Source of the DNA: a virus
Strand: one strand, 5' to 3'
DNA length: 38,819 nucleotides
Virus record (IMG/VR): IMGVR_UViG_3300003663_000001
Part shown: piece after piece, positions 32,514-38,389 of the stretch
Position numbering within the stretch: the first letter of the stretch is position 1
How the letters are laid out: the number at the start of each line of letters is the position of its first letter
Notes under the pieces: generated by a model
Seen by the model: only the letters and a program-made list of their open reading frames with translations
Database searches by the model: none
Told to the model about the DNA's origin: nothing
Made by a program: the position numbers and the translations under genes

Positions 32514-33149
32514 TCAGCTAAGGGCGGTAACCACTGCCTTGAACAGATAATCCTTGCTGCGCTGCTCTTGCGGAAGGTTCTCGTAGGCAGTCACGCACGG
32601 ATGGCAACGGGCAACGGCGTCTTTCACGTCACCATGCGCCCAGCCATCGTTCAGCTTTTCCTCCAGCCAGCTGTTGTGGCTGTCCTCCGGTGTGGCGTCC
32701 GGGTTCTTCTGGTGGAAGGCCACACCCTTGATGGCGCTTTCCTTCTGCCAGTCCGGCGCTTCTTCCCAGGGTACCTGGCTGTTGTCACCCAGGGATTTGC
32801 AGTAGGCGCGGTTCACTTCATGTGCCAGGCGAGCAATGCGTTCAGCGTTGAAGCTCAGTTTCCGGTAGGCTTCCAGCCTCCAGATCTCGCTGAATGCGTT
32901 GTCGTAACTGATCTTCCGGCCAATCTCGTCGCGCCAGTTGGCCGGGTCAATGCAGGTCGCGGGCTTACCCACCACCACAAAACCGTTATCCATCCGGATG
33001 CCGCAATACATCAGCTTCTGTCCGGCAATCACTACGGTTTCATAGTCCACGTCGACAATGCGGGATTCGATCAGGGAGCTGGTGATCTTGTCGCCATCAC
33101 AGCCCAGGTCGCGCATCATCTGTTCCACTTCGGTATGGTTCATAGCCAT
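32514..33149 (-). CDS. Fusion of a phage gp49/gp66-like N-terminal domain and a RyR-like C-terminal domain, 211 aa
   Basis: N-terminal part: 'MYCGIRMDNGFVVVGKPATCIDPANWRDEIGRKISYDNAFSEIWRLEAYRK' (N4 gp49 / Sf6 gp66 pattern). C-terminal part: 'LAHEVNRAYC...HNSWLEEKLNDGWAHGDVKDAVARCHPCVTAYENLPQEQRSKDYLFKAVV' (RyR-domain pattern). Confidence 0.5.
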   Translation of the reverse strand: MAMNHTEVEQMMRDLGCDGDKITSSLIESRIVDVDYETVVIAGQKLMYCGIRMDNGFVVVGKPATCIDPANWRDEIGRKISYDNAFSEIWRLEAYRKLSFNAERIARLAHEVNRAYCKSLGDNSQVPWEEAPDWQKESAIKGVAFHQKNPDATPEDSHNSWLEEKLNDGWAHGDVKDAVARCHPCVTAYENLPQEQRSKDYLFKAVVTALS

Positions 33150-33191
33150 GGTGCTGGCCTCTTGCTGGCCGGGCGGTGCCCGGCGGTGAGT

Positions 33192-34013
33192 TTACTTCTG
33201 GAAGGTGCCGATAGTGACGGACATATCCAGGTCGCTGCCGGCATCCTCGATCAGTTCCGCCAGCTCTTTACCCATTTCCTCCTGAATGGCCTCCAAGCGC
33301 TTGATACGGATAGTCAGCTGCGGATCTTCTTTCGATGCCAGAACGGACAGGCGCAACTCAAAGTCACGCGCCTTCAGCCCGTTGTAGGGCACACAAGTGA
33401 ACACCATGGCATTGGGCAGTTCGTGTTTGCTCTTGGCCTCCACGCTTTCCAGGGCGCTGCGGCTGCCCCGGAAGTCACCCACTTCGCTTTCCCGCTTGCT
33501 GTTGGCCTCGATGCTCATTTCACGAATGGCCATGATGGCGCGGGCAAGGTTCACGGGCTTTCCTTCAGCGTCCAGGGCGGCAACGCAGTGTTGCCAGTCC
33601 TCCACGAATTCCGCCAGCTTGCGCTGGCTCAGGCGCTGCCCGTTATGCTCAAGCAACGACACAAACTCGGCGGTCTGCTTCATGTTAAGGGTTGCGGTAA
33701 AGTCGGCGTGCCCCGGGCTGTCCCCGGTACCCAGGTTCAGCACGGCCACGGCGTTCATGCGCTCCGGATCCACAAAACACACGGCGCCCACCACGTCATG
33801 GTCAGCACAGTAGTTGATGAACGACTCCGGCAGGCGGGTCTCAAACTTTCCCCGGTACCGCACGCGGCCTGGCAATTTGCTTTCCAGGTCGTGGACGGTG
33901 TAATTGTCCGGTGCCGCCAGCACGGGCACGGCCAGATCCATGGTGGTCAGATCCTGGTTAAGTGCCTCGACGGTCTGCGCCTGCTGGATCTGCTCGATAG
34001 CTGATTTATCCAT
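33192..34013 (-). CDS. YfdQ / DUF2303-like protein, 273 aa
   Basis: 'MDKSAIEQIQQAQ...VHDLESKLPGRVRYRGKFETRLPESFINYC' follows the N-terminal pattern I associate with YfdQ-family prophage proteins. Confidence 0.5.
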   Translation of the reverse strand: MDKSAIEQIQQAQTVEALNQDLTTMDLAVPVLAAPDNYTVHDLESKLPGRVRYRGKFETRLPESFINYCADHDVVGAVCFVDPERMNAVAVLNLGTGDSPGHADFTATLNMKQTAEFVSLLEHNGQRLSQRKLAEFVEDWQHCVAALDAEGKPVNLARAIMAIREMSIEANSKRESEVGDFRGSRSALESVEAKSKHELPNAMVFTCVPYNGLKARDFELRLSVLASKEDPQLTIRIKRLEAIQEEMGKELAELIEDAGSDLDMSVTIGTFQK

Positions 34014-34050
34014 GTTTCATTTCCTTCTCAGTGTGTGGGGAAAACCAGGA

Positions 34051-34410
34051 TTACTCCTGGCTGTCCTCCGGGTATGGGTTTTTGGTTGGCTGGCCCTGGC
34101 GGTCGAAGATCTGCACCTGGTTCTCGGCAAAGAACGTCAGGGCGCCACGGCTGCCAACGTGCATTGGCGTGCTGGTGGTGTTGTCCTCGCTCATGCTGCC
34201 GCGACTGGTCGGGCGCTTGTACTTCAGCGTGTGGTCAATCTGCACCTGGTGGCTGTTGCCGATCTGCTTGATGGTGAATGAGATATCCACCTTGCCCAAC
34301 TTGCCCTGGTCGATCACGGCGCCAGCCACGTCACTCAGGATCTGTGACAGTTTTTCCTCAAAAACGCCACCATCCAGATCCTCGATGAATTTACCTACCT
34401 TAGTCGGCAT
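34051..34410 (-). CDS. Hypothetical protein, 119 aa
   Basis: Start moved to the ATG at 34410, with a perfect AAGGAG 7 nt upstream. Confidence 0.5.
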   Translation of the reverse strand: MPTKVGKFIEDLDGGVFEEKLSQILSDVAGAVIDQGKLGKVDISFTIKQIGNSHQVQIDHTLKYKRPTSRGSMSEDNTTSTPMHVGSRGALTFFAENQVQIFDRQGQPTKNPYPEDSQE

Positions 34411-34588
34411 TACGGTTCTCCTTCTTGCGTTGCGCGATTTCCTCACGGTCTATCGCTGTGTCACGGGACGCATTCACCCCGATCTTGACTTGTGATCCGT
34501 TGACGGCCATCGGGAATACCTCGATCTTCTCCCCGCTCTTTGTCTCGATCACAATCTTTTCATTCACCCTTCGCGTCAGAATCAACAA
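34400..34588 (-). CDS. csrA: CsrA/RsmA-family RNA-binding translational regulator homologue, 62 aa
   Basis: 'MLILTRRVNEKIVI...QVKIGVNASRDTAIDREEI' aligns with E. coli CsrA 'MLILTRRVGETLMI...QVRIGVNAPKEVSVHREEI'. The size is right. Confidence 0.8.
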   Translation of the reverse strand: MLILTRRVNEKIVIETKSGEKIEVFPMAVNGSQVKIGVNASRDTAIDREEIAQRKKENRNAD

Positions 34589-35168
34589 CGGCCAGCTCCT
34601 TCATTGCAAAGTAAATGTCCAGGCAAGCACGGGCGTCTGCCATGGCGCTGTGTGCGTCCTGCAGCTCCTTGCCCGTGAAGTACAGGTAGGCTTCGGACAG
34701 ATTCGGCGACTTGTACCCGTACCGGCCTTTCGGCGGCAGTTGCATGATGGGCTTTGCCATCAGCATGGTGCAGTCGTGGTTCTCCTTCTCGGCCCACTGT
34801 TCCTGCACGTTCTCCGGGAAATACCGCTTGGTGGCAATCCGGATAATGCGCTGATCGAAGGTGCGGTTGTGCGCCAGGCGCTTGGCGCCCCCCACCATCT
34901 GCAGGAACAAGGCAACGGCGTCAGCTTCATTCACCCCTACCTGGTTGGCCATTTCGTTGGTGATCCCGTGAATTTCGGCCACTTCCTGCGGGATCTCCCA
35001 GCCGTCCGGCTGAATAATCAGGTCCAGGCTCGATATGATCTTGCCGGTGTCGTCGTCGGCCAGGATGCCGGCCAGCTGTACCAGGTGCGGCTGGTGGTGG
35101 CTGTCGCTCGGGTTCTTCCAGTCCGGCAGGCCGGTTGTCTCTGTGTCGTATGCGCAAACAAGGTTCAT
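34560..35168 (-). CDS. DnaQ-like DEDDh 3'-5' exonuclease, 202 aa
   Basis: ExoI 'AYDTETTG', ExoII 'LAHNRTFDQR' and ExoIII 'HSAMADARACLDIY'. Confidence 0.85.
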   Translation of the reverse strand: MNLVCAYDTETTGLPDWKNPSDSHHQPHLVQLAGILADDDTGKIISSLDLIIQPDGWEIPQEVAEIHGITNEMANQVGVNEADAVALFLQMVGGAKRLAHNRTFDQRIIRIATKRYFPENVQEQWAEKENHDCTMLMAKPIMQLPPKGRYGYKSPNLSEAYLYFTGKELQDAHSAMADARACLDIYFAMKELAVVDSDAKGE

Positions 35169-35207
35169 GGTGTTCTCCAGGTTGTGGGCGCCGTAGCGCC
35201 CTATCGG

Positions 35208-36356
35208 TTACAGGTAGCGGCTCAGAATGTCGTTCAGCTCATGGGATGCCTGCAGTGACAGTTCCCACTTGTCGCACCATTCCGCCAGCTCGGCCCAAAC
35301 GTCCGGCGTGTCGTTCACGGGGTTGGGCTCCGGGCTCACATCGTCAATGCTCACCTTGTCGCCGGCCTTGATATCCTCGCGGTCGCTCTCGGTGACAGTG
35401 CCGGACCATGGCTGCTTTTCGGTGTTGCCCTGGTGTTCGGTGACCTTCGGAGCCTCCGGTACCGTGGCTTTCTCTGCCGGCGCGGGCGTTTCCACGGTTT
35501 CCGGCTCAACCTTGGCCTGCGCCTCCTCAACCATGCGCTGCTGCTTGAGCATGACGTTCAGTTGTTGTATGGCAGTCTTTCTGGCTTCCTCGAATTCGGC
35601 TTGGCGGTCACCAAACACGCCTGCCGGAGAACTGTAGTTCTCCATGCGACTGATCTTGTTCTCAATCTTCTGCGCGCTGGCTCCAACCAGGTTGGCCGGA
35701 ATCATCTTCGTTTCGTTGATCAGGTCGGTAATCTCCTGTTGGGCACGCTGTTCGGCCTGTTCCTTACGCAAACGCTCCTGTTCTGCCTGCGCTTCCTCAT
35801 AACGCACCTGCTGCCCGTACAGGTCTGACAGCTCCTGCAGTACCGCCTGTTGCGCCTCGATGGCCTCCCGGGTCAGGTCGTAGTAGTCCTGCCTGGTGTC
35901 GATCGCGTCCACTTCCTCGATCAGCTTGGCAATCTCATCGCTGGTTTGGTTTCTGGCCTTGGCGGTCATGCCGTAGATGGCGTTGACCTTCTCTCGCAGG
36001 CGGGCAATACGCTCTTCCTCCTGTCGCTTCTTCCGGTCGTCCACCTCCTTTTTCGCGGCCTTCATCGGTTCCTCAAGCTCCACCAGCTTGGCGGTGATCC
36101 GCTTGGCTTCGTTGTCGATGATCCGGCCCGCATCCAGGTAGGGTTTCTTGATCCGCTGGCGCTCGGCGTCCAAGGTGGTGCGGTAGCTGGTCAGCTCTTT
36201 CACACCCTTCTTCACGAAGTCATAGCCATCTTTGGTGTTTACGTCCGGTATCTTGCTATACTTCTCACTCAGCAAGGCCAGGGCGGCATCGGTCTTTTTG
36301 AATACCTCAACGTCTACCTTGCCCTGCTCGATATCGACCTGGTTAAGATCAGTCAT
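35208..36356 (-). CDS. DUF1351-like recombination-module protein, 382 aa
   Basis: It lies next to the annealase gene. 'TSYRTTLDAERQRIKKPYLDAGRIIDNEAKRITAKL' and the long coiled coil are typical of DUF1351 proteins as I recall them. Confidence 0.45.
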   Translation of the reverse strand: MTDLNQVDIEQGKVDVEVFKKTDAALALLSEKYSKIPDVNTKDGYDFVKKGVKELTSYRTTLDAERQRIKKPYLDAGRIIDNEAKRITAKLVELEEPMKAAKKEVDDRKKRQEEERIARLREKVNAIYGMTAKARNQTSDEIAKLIEEVDAIDTRQDYYDLTREAIEAQQAVLQELSDLYGQQVRYEEAQAEQERLRKEQAEQRAQQEITDLINETKMIPANLVGASAQKIENKISRMENYSSPAGVFGDRQAEFEEARKTAIQQLNVMLKQQRMVEEAQAKVEPETVETPAPAEKATVPEAPKVTEHQGNTEKQPWSGTVTESDREDIKAGDKVSIDDVSPEPNPVNDTPDVWAELAEWCDKWELSLQASHELNDILSRYL

Positions 36357-36370
36357 TTACCTTCTCCATT

Positions 36371-37213
36371 TTATTGCGCGTCTTCGCCCTGTTCTGCAGG
36401 GCTTCTTTTGGCGTGCCCACAATCCGGGCACTTGCTGTCTGGCTTGCCTTTGCCGGTGGCTCCGCACTCATGGCATACCAGCTCAACGTCAGGGATCAGC
36501 TTGTCCAGCTGCGCGTTATACGCCTCGTCAATCCGGGCCTTCACCTTCTGAAAGTCCACACCCAGCACGGCACACTGGCGCTGCGCCTTCCTCAGATGGC
36601 CCTGGTACATCAGGCGCAACGGTGCAGGGCTCGGCACCTTGGCGTAGGTGTCGGTTTCCCGCTTCAGCCATTCACTGAATTCCGTCCGGGCCTTGGTCAT
36701 TTCTTCTTCGGCATCGTCGGCGTTGCGCACGGATTCCTTCACCTTGGCGGCCTCGACATAGTTGGTGTCGTCGTAGAGCCCCAGGAACACGTCAGCACTG
36801 AAGCCAATCATAGACAGGCACTTCTTGATGGCATCGGTCAGGGACTTCTTCGGCGCGTCAAAGTCGGTCATGGCGCCGTAGTGCGTGCCCCGGATATAGG
36901 GCGTGTGGCCGAAATGCACCACTTCACACTTCTTGTCGCCACGCATATACCACAGCCGGACCTTGAGCGTGTGCATGATCGCGTTGCCAATCACGGCGCC
37001 GTCTTTGGTGATTGGTGCGCCTGGCTGAAAGCTCTCGTCCTCGATCTCGTAGCCCCAGCCAAGCCCTACCGGACCAAAAGCCTCAGTGGCACGCTTCACC
37101 ATGTAGGTGCCGTTGATGCTGGTAACCTTCCGGCCATCCAGGTCGCCAGTCTTGGTGTAGCCTGGCGCGGTTTCCTCAACGCTTTTCCAGAGAGCCAGAT
37201 TATCGTGTGACAT
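36371..37213 (-). CDS. Rad52/Sak-like single-strand annealing protein with a C-terminal zinc ribbon, 280 aa
   Basis: 'FGPVGLGWGYEI...HTLKVRLWY...DFDAPKKSLTDAIKKCLSMIGFSADVFLGLYDD' matches the Sak/Rad52 core. The C-terminus has 'CHECGATGKGKPDSKCPDCGH'. Confidence 0.75.
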   Translation of the reverse strand: MSHDNLALWKSVEETAPGYTKTGDLDGRKVTSINGTYMVKRATEAFGPVGLGWGYEIEDESFQPGAPITKDGAVIGNAIMHTLKVRLWYMRGDKKCEVVHFGHTPYIRGTHYGAMTDFDAPKKSLTDAIKKCLSMIGFSADVFLGLYDDTNYVEAAKVKESVRNADDAEEEMTKARTEFSEWLKRETDTYAKVPSPAPLRLMYQGHLRKAQRQCAVLGVDFQKVKARIDEAYNAQLDKLIPDVELVCHECGATGKGKPDSKCPDCGHAKRSPAEQGEDAQ

Positions 37214-37340
37214 ACCATGCCCCCATTCCGTAAAAGGCCAGCTGCAGCGGGATCATGTGCAGCATGGTCAGCGATTCATCGGCCAGGTACGGGACCATAA
37301 AGCCCATGGCAAACGCCACGTATCCCATGAACGGCATCAT
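37200..37340 (-). CDS. Small hydrophobic peptide, 46 aa (below the ORF-track cutoff)
   Basis: My own translation is 'MMPFMGYVAFAMGFMVPYLADESLTMLHMIPLQLAFYGMGAWYVTR'. GGAGGAAAA lies directly upstream. There is an ATGA overlap with the upstream stop, and the ORF overlaps the annealase start by 14 nt. Confidence 0.45.
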   Translation of the reverse strand: MMPFMGYVAFAMGFMVPYLADESLTMLHMIPLQLAFYGMGAWYVTR

Positions 37341-37627
37341 TTTTCCTCCGGCTTGTATTCGATGGCGGCCAGTTCCTTGATCCGCTGCTCGATGGTGTTC
37401 AGCTTGTCGCCCAATTCCTGGCGCACTTGGTCGCGGGCCTTCTCAAGCATTTCGATTTCGGCTTTCACGGGGTCTGTGTCAGGCACGGTCACGGTCACGG
37501 TATCGGATCCAAGGTGCGGGTACCCGTGGTGGCTCATATCCTGCGTGAAGATGATTGGCTCGTCGCCATAGGTTGGTTTGTGAAAGTGGAGCTCCACTTT
37601 CATGGTTTTGGGGATTGTGTTACTCAT
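37337..37627 (-). CDS. Hypothetical protein, 96 aa
   Basis: Start at the ATG at 37627 (ATGA overlap). C-terminal coiled-coil-like segment 'AEIEMLEKARDQVRQELGDKLNTIEQRIKEL'. Confidence 0.5.
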   Translation of the reverse strand: MSNTIPKTMKVELHFHKPTYGDEPIIFTQDMSHHGYPHLGSDTVTVTVPDTDPVKAEIEMLEKARDQVRQELGDKLNTIEQRIKELAAIEYKPEEK

Positions 37628-37911
37628 TGCACTTCTCCCGGGAACACCTTTCGCTCCCAATCGGAAATGAAATCAGAAATCATGTTGTGGTTGGCCAGCC
37701 GGTAAATATCGCCCTCGTTTGCTCCCAGCCCTCTGGCTACGCAGAGGAAGCTCACAAAATCATGCGGGGTTGCGGATATCTGGCTCACTGGCCAAACCTT
37801 CCGGACAAAAGCGCTGTCTGCCTGAACTCCACCATGGGGCTTATAGATCAGGCTGCCATTTTCGTGCAGGTAGTATTGACCTGTTCTTAACTCATCTGTG
37901 CTGATTGTCAT
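37624..37911 (-). CDS. Hypothetical protein, 95 aa
   Basis: Start moved to the ATG at 37911, with AAGGAG 7 nt upstream. Confidence 0.5.
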   Translation of the reverse strand: MTISTDELRTGQYYLHENGSLIYKPHGGVQADSAFVRKVWPVSQISATPHDFVSFLCVARGLGANEGDIYRLANHNMISDFISDWERKVFPGEVQ

Positions 37912-38113
37912 TGCCACTCTCCTTATCGCAGTTGGCTTCAGGGTTGAATGCCGGCCAGGTGCCTTCCTCAACCATATTGCAGTAGTGCCGCTTTGCGGCG
38001 ATTTCTTCCTCGTAGTCGCTCTGACCGACCAGGCCAAGGGCGAGGAAAATGATGATGATGACAAAAACCGCGTTCAGCCTGGTGGCGATTGGCGGTAATG
38101 CGTTTCTTTCCAT
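37892..38113 (-). CDS. Small membrane protein, 73 aa, first gene of the leftward operon
   Basis: Start at the ATG at 38113 with GGAGG upstream. N-terminal TM segment 'LNAVFVIIIIFLALGLVG'. Confidence 0.5.
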   Translation of the reverse strand: MERNALPPIATRLNAVFVIIIIFLALGLVGQSDYEEEIAAKRHYCNMVEEGTWPAFNPEANCDKESGNDNQHR

Positions 38114-38125
38114 GTCTACCTCCGT

Positions 38126-38154
38126 TTGACCTAAAAGCAAAGTTAGTGTATATA
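38126..38154 (+). promoter_or_regulatory. Candidate sigma70 promoter for the rightward early operon (PR-like)
   Basis: TTGACC (38126-38131), 17-nt spacer, TATATA (38149-38154). It lies 43 nt upstream of the ATG at 38197, in the only divergent intergenic region. Confidence 0.45.
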
Positions 38155-38168
38155 TTCGTTGTTGTCAA
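38140..38168 (-). promoter_or_regulatory. Candidate sigma70 promoter for the leftward operon (PL-like)
   Basis: On the minus strand: TTGACA (38168-38163), 17-nt spacer, TAACTT (38145-38140). The downstream GGAGG lies 5 nt before the ATG at 38113. Its -10 abuts the -10 of the rightward promoter. Confidence 0.35.
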
Positions 38169-38174
38169 CACTAA
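38143..38174. promoter_or_regulatory. Inverted repeat TTAGTGT-N18-ACACTAA spanning both promoter cores (candidate operator)
   Basis: The arms at 38143-38149 and 38168-38174 are perfect reverse complements. The left arm overlaps the two -10 elements, and the right arm abuts the leftward -35. Confidence 0.35.
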
Positions 38175-38196
38175 ACAAACATTTTAAGGGATAAAC

Positions 38197-38379
38197 ATGA
38201 ACGACCAAAAAGCCATGAGCATGGAAGAAGTAAGGGAAGCCCTGAAAGACAGGAAGCTCGGCCTGGTGTCCAGAGAAACCGGGCTCAAGTATCACACGGT
38301 ATTGGAAGTAGCTAACGGAAAACGGGCGAATCCGACATACAACACCTACATCGCACTGGTGAGATACCTGAGCAAGTGA
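38197..38379 (+). CDS. Small helix-turn-helix regulator (Cro-like), 60 aa
   Basis: ORF track. 'LGLVSRETGLKYHTVLEVANGKRANPTYNTYIALVRYL' has an HTH-like pattern. AAGGGA lies 6 nt before the ATG. It is the first gene of the rightward operon. Confidence 0.6.
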   Translation: MNDQKAMSMEEVREALKDRKLGLVSRETGLKYHTVLEVANGKRANPTYNTYIALVRYLSK

Positions 38380-38389
38380 GGTTTTCCTG

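Noticed and set aside
32568-34004. Very long plus-strand ORFs antisense to confident minus-strand genes. Examples: 32568..34004 (478 aa), 23648..24934 (428 aa), 26467..27621 (384 aa), 17236..18294 (352 aa), 10561..11568 (335 aa), 6433..7401 (322 aa) and 18742..19716 (324 aa).
   Set aside because: Their translations are Arg/Leu/Gly/His/Val/Pro-skewed and low in complexity. They lack Shine-Dalgarno sequences and span several unrelated genes on the other strand. This is the usual stop-poor antisense shadow of genes with GC-rich third positions.
35187-35202. The GGGCGC-cgta-GCGCCC hairpin between the DUF1351-like and exonuclease genes, considered as a terminator.
   Set aside because: It has no downstream T-tract on the coding strand and sits 18 nt before the next start codon. 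More likely it is a minor mRNA structure.
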